Assembly (NCBI GenBank): GCA_002070355.1
Contig: MWDC01000001.1
Span: forward strand, 67,994 to 131,993
Direction: 5' to 3'
DNA: 64,000 bases
DNA from: Parcubacteria group bacterium ADurb.Bin159
Lineage (GTDB): Bacteria > Patescibacteriota > Patescibacteriia > UBA2591 > MWDC01
Shown here: piece after piece, positions 9,154 through 20,100 of the stretch
How positions within the stretch are numbered: the stretch's first letter is position 1
Layout: every line of letters begins with the position of its first letter
Translations under genes and position numbers: made by a program
The notes under the pieces: generated by a model
What the model was told of the DNA's origin: nothing
Database searches by the model: none
The model's input: only the letters and a program-made list of their open reading frames with translations

Positions 9154-10299
9154 CTATTCCTCTTCAGCGGAAACACATTTATGGGCTAGGCATTGAACAG
9201 CAGGGGCAGGAACGCAGAGGTCAATCATTTCGCTGCATTGCTTGCTGTAAATATCCATTTTTTTGTAAAACTGGTCCTTGTCAACTGCTTTGTTTATAAA
9301 ATGATAACAACCCCAATCAATATACTCTCCTCCTAATATTAAAATATCACAATCAGAATCGGTTTCGCAATAATTGGCATTTTTAATATCGTTCTCAATA
9401 TTATTATACATTTCTTTACAAGATAAATTTTCAAAAAATGATAGTTGCTGAACGGTTAAGGAATGTTTAATTTTATCAAATTGTTTTATTAAAGACGCAC
9501 GGTCAAATTCTGAAATAGTGCCTTCCGGATAATTAGCAATATTAGTGGAATGAATAAAATAACGCACCGCAAGACATGGATGAGTCCCCGGCAATGCCCA
9601 AACTTTTTCTTCATAAAAATTGCCTGCTGCTCCTTCGTTTGTTGAAGCGAAAGAATAATAAATGCCATTTTCATTTATAGTTTGAACATCGGTATTACCA
9701 TAAATAAACAATCCAGCATTGCAATTTCTAACTGCTGGAATTATTTCTACTGAAACTCCGGTATCATAGCTTGATAAATTAGTGCCAAGAGCAAGGGTTT
9801 CCGGAATAGTAAATTTGACACCTGATATATTTTTATCCGGCCCAAGCCCTTGATATTTATAAGAAGTATCTACTAAATAATCAGCTGGATAGCGAATAGT
9901 AAAACCTGCTGCTTCGTCTAAATAACTATTAGGTAAGTCATTTACATACTCAATTCGACTGTAACAATTTTCTTGACTATTAGCTTCATCAAATCCTTGA
10001 ATATTTTCGCAGGCTTCTTTAGCTTTTTCTTTATCATAAGTAGAAACAACCTCTGCGATATATTCAAAACAACTATCTTTCTTGGGAACATTTTCCATTT
10101 CTGCGCATAATTGCATAGCCTTTTTGAAATCGGATTTTTCTGAATCGGAATTTATTGTCTCCATCATTTCATAAAAATTACAGATATTTTTTCCGTAAAT
10201 CAATTTACATTTAAGACGAGAATTTAACAACAGCCAAACGCCCCCTATTAAAAACAGCGCGATAAATAAAATAATAATAATTTTTTTATTCTTGCTCAT
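9154..10299 (-). CDS. Membrane-anchored/secreted Cys-rich hypothetical protein
   Basis: N-terminal TM (IIIILFIALFLIGGVWLLL) followed by a Cys-rich extracytoplasmic region. Confidence 0.45.
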   Translation of the reverse strand: MSKNKKIIIILFIALFLIGGVWLLLNSRLKCKLIYGKNICNFYEMMETINSDSEKSDFKKAMQLCAEMENVPKKDSCFEYIAEVVSTYDKEKAKEACENIQGFDEANSQENCYSRIEYVNDLPNSYLDEAAGFTIRYPADYLVDTSYKYQGLGPDKNISGVKFTIPETLALGTNLSSYDTGVSVEIIPAVRNCNAGLFIYGNTDVQTINENGIYYSFASTNEGAAGNFYEEKVWALPGTHPCLAVRYFIHSTNIANYPEGTISEFDRASLIKQFDKIKHSLTVQQLSFFENLSCKEMYNNIENDIKNANYCETDSDCDILILGGEYIDWGCYHFINKAVDKDQFYKKMDIYSKQCSEMIDLCVPAPAVQCLAHKCVSAEEE

Positions 10300-10380
10300 T
10301 TTTCAAATTTATTTAATTTTTGTTTTTAAATCTTTTAAATATTACTTTTAACTTTTCGGCGATGGCTGTATAACTTTATA

Positions 10381-10407
10381 TTATAAAATTTTATAAAGTT
10401 CGTCAAC
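10381..10407 (-). promoter_or_regulatory. Candidate sigma-70 promoter (minus strand TTGACG-N15-TATAAT) inside the extended repeat
   Basis: Reverse complement reads TTGACGaactttataaaatttTATAAT, about 85 bp upstream of the 9154..10299 start. The same motif recurs at 22699-22725. Confidence 0.4.
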
Positions 10408-10429
10408 ATCTAATAATGTATAAAAAGAA

Positions 10430-10522
10430 AAATTTAGGGTCCACAACCCTAAATTTAAAAATTCGTCCTGAAAGCCAATGTTAATGCAATGTTTCTGTGG
10501 TCTCTTTCTGGGGACTGTCCCC
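10430..10522 (+). repeat. Repeat family A, copy 2. An ~90-bp extension upstream (10340-10429) is shared with copy 5.
   Basis: Near-identical to copy 3 (12098-12201). Confidence 0.75.
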
Positions 10523-10580
10523 AAATAGTGTGCCTCTTGATAGTGTCCTGTTTAGCGCCCCCATTCGTTTATTTCTTTTT

Positions 10581-11729
10581 TTAGGAAAATTTCAATGCTT
10601 CTAAAATTACAGAGGCAACTTTATGAGGTTTAATTAGTTTCAAGCAGGTCAATTCTTTACAACTTTTCTTCTGACAATTTTTACAAGGCAAACTACAGTA
10701 AAAGAGATGTAGCCTTTTTGTGAACGGTCGCCAGCGAACAGGATCATTGGCAGCCGAAAAGATAGAAACAACCGGTATATTTAAGGCTGCAGCTAAATGC
10801 CCGGGACCAGAATTTACACCAATAAAAATTTTAGCCCAGGCAATTAAAGCGGCTAAATCAGATAGATTGGGATTAATAACCTGAATTACATTAGAATCAT
10901 TAATACCTTTGGTTATTTGCTTAATCAAGTTTTCCTCACCTTTACCAACAACCAAAATAATCTTTACTGGGGCAGAATTGAGTAATTCCTTTATTAATTT
11001 ATGCCAATGGGCAACAGGCCACATTCTAGAAGGATCCCTGCTGCCGGGATGCATTATAATTAACACATCATTTTTGCGAACACCCTTTCTAAATAAAAAA
11101 TTATTAGCCCATTGCCTTTCTTCGGCTAAAAGGGGCCAATTTAATTTAATATTTTCTTTCTCTATTTCAATGCCTAATAGCTCCAGAAGATCCAAATAGA
11201 TAAAAATTTGATGCTGCTTTTCGTTCAAAACAGGCACATCTGTTAAAAAGTTACCTAAACCTCCGTGATCATAGCCAATTCTTCTTTTTATTCTAGCCAA
11301 AAAAAGTAAAAGAATAACTAAAGGATCGCCCTTCGTATCAAAGGATAGATCATATTTTCTTTTCTTTAAGGTTTGAATTAATATAAAAAAAGAGATAAAA
11401 CTCTTAAAAAAATCTCCCTTTTTTCTCTTTTGGTTTCCCCAAAAAGGCAAAAAGCTAATAACCCTGTTTACGCTTTTTATTCTTTTAAAAACATTTTCTG
11501 AATATGGATTAGTTAAAACATCTATTTCCGCTTTTTCAAAACGACTTTTTAAAATACTTAAAAAAGGAGATAGCAATATAGCATCTCCTATATGACCAAA
11601 ATTAACTATTAAAATTTTTGAATAATAATTTTTGTTAACAACTTTTCTTTTGGGAAGCCATTTTAGAAACCAATCAATAATTGAAAAAAGAATGGTCAAC
11701 CCTCGTTTTTTGTAGACGTATTTTACCAT
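10581..11729 (-). CDS. Glycosyltransferase family 9 (heptosyltransferase-like)
   Basis: GHIGDAILLSP, GVNSGPGHLAAALNIPVVSIF, and a Cys-rich C-terminal tail. Confidence 0.65.
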   Translation of the reverse strand: MVKYVYKKRGLTILFSIIDWFLKWLPKRKVVNKNYYSKILIVNFGHIGDAILLSPFLSILKSRFEKAEIDVLTNPYSENVFKRIKSVNRVISFLPFWGNQKRKKGDFFKSFISFFILIQTLKKRKYDLSFDTKGDPLVILLLFLARIKRRIGYDHGGLGNFLTDVPVLNEKQHQIFIYLDLLELLGIEIEKENIKLNWPLLAEERQWANNFLFRKGVRKNDVLIIMHPGSRDPSRMWPVAHWHKLIKELLNSAPVKIILVVGKGEENLIKQITKGINDSNVIQVINPNLSDLAALIAWAKIFIGVNSGPGHLAAALNIPVVSIFSAANDPVRWRPFTKRLHLFYCSLPCKNCQKKSCKELTCLKLIKPHKVASVILEALKFS

Positions 11730-12097
11730 CTTATAATTCTTACAAAGTAAAATTACAATGTCCTATGAAGCGTCACTAAGCAAGTCTTAAATTTCGAACA
11801 AAGCGAGAAATTAAGGTTCTGCCAAGTAAAGCGAAGTGCGGCACTTATTCAATTATCTCTAATCGGTTAGGAAAATTTGTTAATATCCTAAACAATATTT
11901 ACCTGCTCTCTAAAGATAAATCAATGCCAACTGCTCCTTTTATTTTATTTAGGCCGCAGTCTACATCTAAAATTTTTAATTTTGAATTTTGTCTAATTAT
12001 AAACAACAATCTCAATTGACAAAATTCAAATAATCTTGGCGAAGTTTTTCCACTGGTCCATCGCCACCTATTATTTTACTATTCATCGCAAAATTGT

Positions 12098-12201
12098 AAA
12101 GATTTTAAAAATTTAGGGTCCACAACCCTAAATTTAAAAATTCGTCCTGAAAGCCAATGTTAATGCAATGTTTCTGTGGTCTCTTTCTGGGGACTGTCTC
12201 C
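12098..12201 (+). repeat. Repeat family A, copy 3
   Basis: About 90 nt identical to copy 2. Confidence 0.75.
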
Positions 12202-12225
12202 GACTCCTTATATGTCCCCGACTCC

Positions 12226-14124
12226 TTATACAACAAATTGACTATTATATAAAGAAGCATAAAAGCCATTTCTGGAAATCAGTTCTTCATGTGTCCCCTG
12301 CTCAACAATACTGCCATCACGAATTGCTAAAATTAAATCAGCATTTCGAATAGTGGAAAGCCTGTGAGCAATAATAAAACTTGTTCTACCTTTCATCATT
12401 TTATCCATTGCTGCCTGAATAATTATTTCTGTACGGGTATCAACAGAGCTTGTTGCTTCATCTAAAATTAACATTGGAGCATTAGCCAGCATTGCCCGAG
12501 CTATAGTTAAAAGTTGTTTTTCACCCTGAGAAATATTATCGGCTTCCTCGCTAATTTGCATTTGATAACCTCCTGGCAGAGTACGAATAAAATGATCGGC
12601 ATAAGCTGCCTCTGCGGCTTTAACTACTTCTTCATGAGAGACGTTTTCCTTGCTATAAGCAATATTCTCTTCAATTGTGCCATTAAATAGCCAAGTATCC
12701 TGCAATACCATACCAAAAAGTTTTCTTACATCAGACCGCTTCATTTTTCTAATATCTATCCCATCAATTTTAATAGCTTCGCTATTAACATCATAAAAAC
12801 GCATCAAGAGATTGACTATAGTTGTTTTGCCTGCTCCAGTTGGTCCTACAATAGCAACTTTTTGGCCGGGCTTAATAGTAACGTTAAAATCTTTAATAAT
12901 CATTTTCTCGGGCGTATAACCAAAAAACAAATGGATAAAATCTACTGCGCCCTTTACTTCTTTTAAAATAACAGGATTAGGAGTTTCTGGCGCTTCATCT
13001 GCTTCTTCTAAAAACTCGAATACTCTTTCTGCAGCAGCTGCTGTAGATTGAAGCACATTAGCAATGCTAGCAGTTTGGGTAATAGGGCGAGTAAATTGAG
13101 TCATATATTGTATAAAGGCCTGAATACTACCAATGCTCATCCTCCCCTGAATAGCCAACCATCCTCCCAGTACTGAAATAGCAACAAATCCACAATTCTC
13201 AATAAAATTTATTATAGGATGAAGAAGACTTGAAAAAAAGTGAGATTTCCAAGCGTTCTCATAAAGTTTATTGTTAATTCTATGAAAAATAGAGATTGAC
13301 CTCTGCTCGCCATTAAAAGCTTTCACTATTGTATGACCGGAAAACATCTCTTCAATGTGGCCATCAATTTTCCCTAATGAAACTTGGTGATTAAAAAAAT
13401 ATTTTTGCGATTTTTTAACAACAAAACTTGTTAAAAAGAAACTAAGAGGCAAAATTACGACTGCCACTAATGTTAGCTGCCAACTTATTATAACCATCAT
13501 AACAAGAATACCGATAATAGTAGTAGTGGCACTAACAATTTGAATTAAACTCTGGTTAAAGCTTTGGCTTACTGTATCTACATCGTTTGTTACACGACTC
13601 AAAATATCACCATGGCTTCCTTGGTCGAAATAACGCAATGGTAATTGATTTATTTTTTGAGAAATATTCTTTCTTAAATTAAATGCTACTTTTTGAGTAA
13701 CCCCTGCCATAATCCACCCCTGAAGATAGCTAAACAAGACGTTTAATAAATAAATTCCAATTAGTATTTCTATTAAACGAATAATTGCCGCAAAATCGAT
13801 ACCACTCCTTTGAGAAAAATTGGAACCTCCTGTCTGTATGCCCGCAACAATTTTATTAGTAATGTCCCCTAATATTTTAGGAGTAATAACGCTAAAAATA
13901 GTACTAAGTATTGCAAACACTAAAACTAAAATAATTGAAACATGGTATGGCTTTAAATATTTTATAAGTTTACGCATCGTGCCTTTAAAATCTTTGGGCT
14001 TTTCAACTGCTCCACGCATTCCTCTACCACGACCTCTGCCCATACCAAAACCACCTGGCCTTGGCCTTTTAGGAGGTAAATTAGTTGGAAAATTATTTGG
14101 TTTTGAAACAGATTCTTTAGACAT
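12226..14124 (-). CDS. ABC transporter permease/ATPase (exporter half-transporter) with an N-terminal Gly/Arg-rich tail
   Basis: Six TM helices followed by an ABC NBD (GPTGAGKTT, LSGGQ-like signature, Walker B). N-terminus is GGFGMGRGRGRGMRG. Confidence 0.8.
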   Translation of the reverse strand: MSKESVSKPNNFPTNLPPKRPRPGGFGMGRGRGRGMRGAVEKPKDFKGTMRKLIKYLKPYHVSIILVLVFAILSTIFSVITPKILGDITNKIVAGIQTGGSNFSQRSGIDFAAIIRLIEILIGIYLLNVLFSYLQGWIMAGVTQKVAFNLRKNISQKINQLPLRYFDQGSHGDILSRVTNDVDTVSQSFNQSLIQIVSATTTIIGILVMMVIISWQLTLVAVVILPLSFFLTSFVVKKSQKYFFNHQVSLGKIDGHIEEMFSGHTIVKAFNGEQRSISIFHRINNKLYENAWKSHFFSSLLHPIINFIENCGFVAISVLGGWLAIQGRMSIGSIQAFIQYMTQFTRPITQTASIANVLQSTAAAAERVFEFLEEADEAPETPNPVILKEVKGAVDFIHLFFGYTPEKMIIKDFNVTIKPGQKVAIVGPTGAGKTTIVNLLMRFYDVNSEAIKIDGIDIRKMKRSDVRKLFGMVLQDTWLFNGTIEENIAYSKENVSHEEVVKAAEAAYADHFIRTLPGGYQMQISEEADNISQGEKQLLTIARAMLANAPMLILDEATSSVDTRTEIIIQAAMDKMMKGRTSFIIAHRLSTIRNADLILAIRDGSIVEQGTHEELISRNGFYASLYNSQFVV

Positions 14125-14127
14125 ATT

Positions 14128-15873
14128 TTAAGCTAAACCTTCTTCTAATTTTTCTGGGGGAAGTTGAGAAAAGGCAATTTCTCTGTACACAGCACAATTA
14201 CGAAGAAGTTCTTTATGGGTTCCTTGCCCCACTATTTTTTTATCATCTATCACAATTATCTTGTCAGCGTCCATTATAGTACCAACTCTTTGGGTAACAA
14301 TAAGAATCGTCTTACCTTTTGCTTCTCGCCGAAGAGCACTTCTTAAAGCAGCATCTGTTTTAAAATCCAAGGCAGAGAAACTGTCATCAAAAAGATAAAG
14401 TTCAGGATTTTTTGCCAAGGCTCGAGCAATTGCCAAACGTTGCTTTTGCCCTCCAGAAAGATTAGCACCAGCCTGAGCAACAGAACTTTCAAATTTCTGA
14501 TCTAATTCTTTTATAAACTCAAAGGCCTGAGCCGTAGCCGCAGCCCGAAAAATTTCTTCTTGAGTAGCATTTGGAGTGCCATAGGCAATATTTTCTTTAA
14601 TTGTGCCAGAAAAAAGCATGGCTTTTTGAGAAACATAACCAATGCGTGCCCGTAAATCTTCTTGTTTCATATCGCGTATATCTACATCATCAACTAAAAT
14701 CTGCCCCTCTGTTACATCATAAAAACGAGGAATAAGATTAATAATAGTAGATTTACCGCTTCCCGTGCTGCCAATAAAAGCAGTGGTTTGGCCGGGAAGA
14801 GCAACAAAAGAAATATTATGTAAAACTGGTTCAACGGCTCCTGGATAGGCAAAAGTAACATTTCTAAATTCAACTTTTCCGCCTCGCTTAGGAGCTTTAA
14901 CGGGATTCACCGGGTCTTTTATTTGAACATCTGTTTCTAAAACTTCAACAATTCTATTAGCCGAAACAGAGGCTCTCGGAATAGCAATAAAAATAATTGA
15001 AATCATTAAAAAAGCGAATACTGCCTGCATTGAATATTGTAAAAACGCAAGCATGCTTCCAATTTGAAGAGTACCTAATTCAATTTGATGAGCGCCAAAC
15101 CAGACAATGGCTATCATCATAAAATTCATAATAAGCATCATCGCTGGTTGAAGTATTATCATTAAACGATTAACAAAAAGATTAAGCTGAGTAAGATCTT
15201 TATTCACTTTATTAAATCTTTCTTCTTCGTGCTTTTCTTTATTAAAAGCCCTTATTACTCTTAAACCGTTAAGGATTTCTCGGGTCACTAAATTTAATTT
15301 ATCTATTAATTTCTGAATCAGGCTAAATTTTGGGATAATTATTTTAAAAAGCAAGGCAATTACAAAAATTAAAGCAACAACGGCAACTGCCATAATCCAA
15401 GTCATCGAAGGAGCTAAGCGATAAGCCTTAATAGTAGCGAGAATACCTATTAGTGGAGCCATTATGGCTAACCGAAAAAACATTGTAAGTACCATCTGGA
15501 TTTGTTGCACATCATTGGTAGTACGAGTGATAAGAGAGGATGTTGAAAATTTATTAAATTCAACAAGAGAAAAACTTTCTACCTTAGTAAATACTGCATT
15601 TCGCAAGTTTTTAGCGAACCCCGCACCAATCCTTGAAGATAAATAATTCACGCCAACCGTCGCCAACCCACCACCGATGGCAACTAATATCATAATTAAA
15701 CCTGTTTGAAAAATTACTCCTGTATTCTTGCCCAGTATTCCTTGATTAATAATTTTTGCCATAAAATCGGGCAAGGCAAGACTTGCTGAAGCTTGGCAAT
15801 ATATAAAAATGGCCATTAAAATTAATTGCCAAATATATGGAGAAAGATATTTTAGAATTTTTGTTCCTGACAT
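14128..15873 (-). CDS. ABC transporter permease/ATPase, heterodimeric partner
   Basis: TMD plus NBD (GSTGSGKST, LSGGQKQRLAIARAL, LYLFDDSFSALD). Confidence 0.8.
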   Translation of the reverse strand: MSGTKILKYLSPYIWQLILMAIFIYCQASASLALPDFMAKIINQGILGKNTGVIFQTGLIMILVAIGGGLATVGVNYLSSRIGAGFAKNLRNAVFTKVESFSLVEFNKFSTSSLITRTTNDVQQIQMVLTMFFRLAIMAPLIGILATIKAYRLAPSMTWIMAVAVVALIFVIALLFKIIIPKFSLIQKLIDKLNLVTREILNGLRVIRAFNKEKHEEERFNKVNKDLTQLNLFVNRLMIILQPAMMLIMNFMMIAIVWFGAHQIELGTLQIGSMLAFLQYSMQAVFAFLMISIIFIAIPRASVSANRIVEVLETDVQIKDPVNPVKAPKRGGKVEFRNVTFAYPGAVEPVLHNISFVALPGQTTAFIGSTGSGKSTIINLIPRFYDVTEGQILVDDVDIRDMKQEDLRARIGYVSQKAMLFSGTIKENIAYGTPNATQEEIFRAAATAQAFEFIKELDQKFESSVAQAGANLSGGQKQRLAIARALAKNPELYLFDDSFSALDFKTDAALRSALRREAKGKTILIVTQRVGTIMDADKIIVIDDKKIVGQGTHKELLRNCAVYREIAFSQLPPEKLEEGLA

Positions 15874-16144
15874 TACAATAAATTAATCTATTAGTTTAAT
15901 AAAAATTTCTTTCTTCGTCAACAATGTTTATAGTAAAAAAATAACTCCACAAATAGTTCAGCGGTAGGCAAAAATTCGAAAAGTTATCCAAAAAGATTGC
16001 CTCGCTTCGCTTGGGCTCGGCAGAAGTAAATTCTCACCGCCTCAAATAAAACAAAAACAAAACCCTTGCCAAAATATGGTAAGGGGTCAATTTTCTCCGA
16101 ATTGTGAACAATATTAGAACAACTATTTCTTCTACTAATAATAA

Positions 16145-16237
16145 AAATTTAGGATCCACAACTCTAAATTAAAAAATTCGCCCTAAAAGCCAATGTTAAT
16201 GCGGTATTCTCGTAGTCTCTTTCTGTAAACTGTCTCC
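16145..16237 (+). repeat. Repeat family A, copy 4 (left flank of the defence island)
   Basis: aaatttaggatccacaactctaaatt...ccaatgttaatgcggtattctcgtagtctctttctgtaaactgtctcc. Confidence 0.7.
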
Positions 16238-16431
16238 AAATGCGTCCCCGAATGCAAAATTATAAAATTATTCTTCTGTTTTTTGTAAAATCAATCTCAT
16301 AATTAAACCTGATAAATATAAAAACGCTTCCGTATCTTCCAATTAAAAAGACAAAAGCAATGATAACAAAGATTTTCAAACCCCACTTAAAAGCTAATGT
16401 CTCAACAAAACCTTCTAAACCATAAAAACAA

Positions 16432-17124
16432 TTATTTCTTTTGATTAGTTGTATAATCACATTTCGGGTAATTAGAGCATCCGTAAAATTCTCCAAATTT
16501 GCCAGTTTTTTTCACTAAATTTCCGCCACAGCATGGGCAAATTCGAGACGCTTCTCTTGCCTTATCTTTATCCTTTTTAGCCATTTTGATATACCGAATA
16601 AGTTTGTATCCATCTATAAGTTCAATTGGCTTATCTTCAGCAAATTTCTCAGCTTCAAGTGTAAATTTATTTGTGGTAATAAAATATGCCTTTCCATTAG
16701 CAATATGGTCAGCCAAAGCACCATAGAAATCTCTGACATCGCCAACCGTTACCTCTGAGGTTATAAACTTTTTGCATTGAATGTAGCTTTTTACTCCGTC
16801 TTTTTCAATAATAACGTCAATGCCTCCGTCGTGCGATCCGCCGACTGCTTTAGATTTGTAGCCAAGCCGCGAAAACAAATCGGCAATATAATCCTCAAAT
16901 TCCGATGGCTTCATGCCACGAAGCCATTGCAATAGATCACGATCCGAACGCCATTTTTCTCCTTTTCTGAATTTTCGGCGAATATGCCAATTATCAATTT
17001 CCAAATTAAGCCAATAAAAGAATAATTTCATAACAACAATCGCCAATAAAACTGCCCAAAGCGGCCATAGCTTCCATAAAATCGGTAGTAAATTTTTAAT
17101 TATTTCCCAGAAATTAATTTGCAT
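16432..17124 (-). CDS. Membrane-anchored Mrr-cat (PD-(D/E)XK) restriction-endonuclease-like protein with a C-terminal topoisomerase-type C4 zinc ribbon
   Basis: N-terminal TM helices, then DLFSRLGYKSKAVGGSHDGGIDVIIEKDGVKSYIQCKKF (Mrr_cat signature D..D..QCK), then CPCCGG...CSNYPKC. Confidence 0.65.
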   Translation of the reverse strand: MQINFWEIIKNLLPILWKLWPLWAVLLAIVVMKLFFYWLNLEIDNWHIRRKFRKGEKWRSDRDLLQWLRGMKPSEFEDYIADLFSRLGYKSKAVGGSHDGGIDVIIEKDGVKSYIQCKKFITSEVTVGDVRDFYGALADHIANGKAYFITTNKFTLEAEKFAEDKPIELIDGYKLIRYIKMAKKDKDKAREASRICPCCGGNLVKKTGKFGEFYGCSNYPKCDYTTNQKK

Positions 17125-17130
17125 ATAATT

Positions 17131-20100
17131 TTAGTTTATAATCTCCTCCAATCTCCAAAAAGTGCTTCCACCTTCACGAATCAAATCGTCGATAAGTTTA
17201 TAAGTATCACCTTTTGTTTCGGCATTTTCATAGAGAGTCTTAATTGCCCCAAACCATTCCTCGTCATACATAAATGGCATGCGCATTTTACCACCTCGCA
17301 CATCACCTTCAAGTAAAGAAAGACGGGCAATCTCCAACGTATCTTTAGGTGCAGCTTTAGCCAATTCATTGATAGACTTAGTGAGAGCGTAATCCCATTC
17401 CAAAACACCCTTAGTTTTTTCTAAGGTCGCTTTTATTTGTCCAGCTAACCAGGCTGGTTCAAAGATTTTTTTCTCAAGATTCATCCAAAATCCAAACGCA
17501 ACAAATAGCTTCGGGTCGTCATAATTCTTAAGCAACCATTCCCAAAATTCAGTTAATCTTTTTTTAATTGCTGGGTCTTTTTTCAACTGCTCATTTACAC
17601 GATCATCATCGCCAGAAATGAACATCCGCCCGATAAAACTGATAAACTTGCTTTGCCGTTCAACATCTCGCTTCCAGAATTTCTTGAAAAGAGAATGATC
17701 AAACCCGAATTTTTCATGATAGACAACAAACGCCAACGCCAAATGAACAGCTATTCCTTCCTTTAGTTCTTTGAAATATTTGCGTTTTGAGTCCTCGTTG
17801 CCAGTCAAACTTAAGCCACGCTCATATAATTTTTGGAATTCTTGATCAAAGAATATTTCCTCATAAAGATTATTAGCAAGATATCCTTCCCAAGCAGCAA
17901 GATAAAGGTGTTTTTTAGTCGCTTCTTCTGGAAAAATTTGAGTCAAAAGCCCATGTATCCAATCTCTGTCACGGAAGTAGAAAGATGGTAGATAATATCC
18001 AAACATAAACATTAAGGCACGAGTATCTTCTTTTTTTAAGACTCTCTCATAGAGCTCCTTAATGTCTACGCTAATTTTAATCTTATCATCTTTTGAAAAT
18101 TGCTTTCCGTCTTGGTAAACAAACAACACAAAAGCCTGAAACGCCCGACCACGCACCGAATTAATCGCCATCGTAAACGGATCACTAACATAATTTTCTT
18201 CCTTATCGCCAGGGGAATGGGTCTTTATCGTCGCTGTTCCTAGCTCTTCGTCTTGTGGTTCTGGATCGGGGTATACTAAAAGATAGCTGAGAATCTCGAA
18301 AAGCTGACTGCGGTATTTGGAGAAATCTATAAGAATTTTACCGTCGTTTTCACTCAATAATTCTTGCAGGACATCCGTCATCACCGAGTGCACTCCAGTC
18401 CAACTCAAAAGCCATGCGTCAAACTTCTCTCGTTCCCTGATTTTATGGTTAAAGGCTTTTGCAATACCCGAATCCTTAATAGCAATAAAAACTTCTATCA
18501 GTTTATCCCACTGGATATCTGCCGCCTTTGTTTTGTCAGCACGTATAGCTTCTTGAATGCCTCGAAAAAACGAGTAAGTATAATGCTCGTCGAGAACATC
18601 CCTCTCAAAAAATAAACTGGCGTTCTGGATATAATCCTGTAATCGCTTAGCAATATCAACACGCAATTGTTCCTCTACGCCTTTAGCATTTAAGGGATTC
18701 AAAAAATCATCACTTGTGTTCTCTTTGCTCAAAGCTTCTGGCTTCCAGTCATTTCTTAATTTTTTGGCAATGTCAGCAATGGAAAGTTTACTAAATTCCT
18801 CTTGTGAAACTGCAGCTCTTGGTTTTACAAAACCGCTCACTATTTTTCCAATGGACGGTTCGGGTTCAAAAGTAGGATCACATTTTTTACCGAATATTTT
18901 TTCACAATCTTCTTTTTCTTCTGAAGTCAAAGAGTCATAAATACTGGAAAGAATCTGCCAGCCATCGCGCCTATACCATTGTTCTTCTTTTTTATCTTCA
19001 CGACTTTGTCCAAAATGCTTAAAGACATTCGATACATATTCACGCTGATAATCGAAATTGAGGACATTAAAGCTCTGTTTAAGGGCTTTCTTGTACTCTG
19101 TTCCAGATTCAATCTCATAATAATGTTTACCATCCTCCATCACCTCAAATAATTTAAAAAAGGACGCCTGTAATTCTGCCTGAAAAGCAACGGGACACAA
19201 ACTCAAAACAAAAAGACGCAGTCGCCACATCAACCTGCTTTCTGGTAAGGTTTGAATATATTTCTTATAAACCTCTCTGACCAATTCTGATTTGTCACAA
19301 TTATTGCCAATTAGTCTTTGACTGAGTGCTTTAATGGTCACTACTAAATCTTTGACGTTTTCTTGATCTGAATAATGTTTTTCATCGCCCAATTCCAAAG
19401 AAAAAAAATCAACATCAAAAAGATAAAAAGGGTCATGAATCGGAAATACTTCATTCTTCTCGGCGTCTTCGCCCAAACGCACGATTGCCGCCATCGTTCT
19501 TGTTGTAATCTCTAATGCTTTTTCAAGATATTGATCGCCTACAGCCACTAAATACTCAAAGACTTTCGTGTAAGAAAGGTCTGTGAAATAAAAAGGATTA
19601 TCCGATGGATAATCACGAGAAGTTGGTTTTGTTTCTTCTTTTGCTCTCACAGTAAGCACTGCTTCGGCAAGGACCAAGATATTCTCATAATCCTTAGCAG
19701 CGGCAAGTGTTTGGAATATTTTTTTATAATCAAATCCCCATTGATTAAATACGCTCATCAACCGCACCCAACCATCATCACGAATTTTCGGCACTATTCT
19801 CGCTAACTGCTCCGCTGGCAGAGAACTGCAAATTCTCAAAAATTGATCGACAATTTCGGGATTAAAATTATCTTTTGGGATAGAAACCGAAAGCATAATA
19901 TCTACCACTTCTTTCGCTTTTTTCTCCGCTATTCTTACAAGATAATTCAGTTCTGGGGTTGTTCGATATCCATATCTCGTTGGATCGTCGACTTTCTGTT
20001 TAATCACATCTAAGAGCCCATTATTCCAAAGCCAATCAAGCCAATTCTCATCTGCTTTTGTAAAAAAATATTGTCGTGCATCAAGATTTAAACCAATAAG

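Noticed and set aside
16260-16496. 78-aa ORF overlapping the 3' end of the Mrr-like gene
   Set aside because: It overlaps the Mrr-like gene by 65 bp in another frame and is hydrophobic and low-complexity, with no support. It could be a small membrane peptide but was not called.
2213-18615. Numerous 60-105-aa plus-strand ORFs nested inside long minus-strand genes (2213-2428, 3092-3295, 13820-14131, 18317-18615 and others)
   Set aside because: They are antisense to well-supported conserved genes and have AT-rich codon noise. No independent signals.
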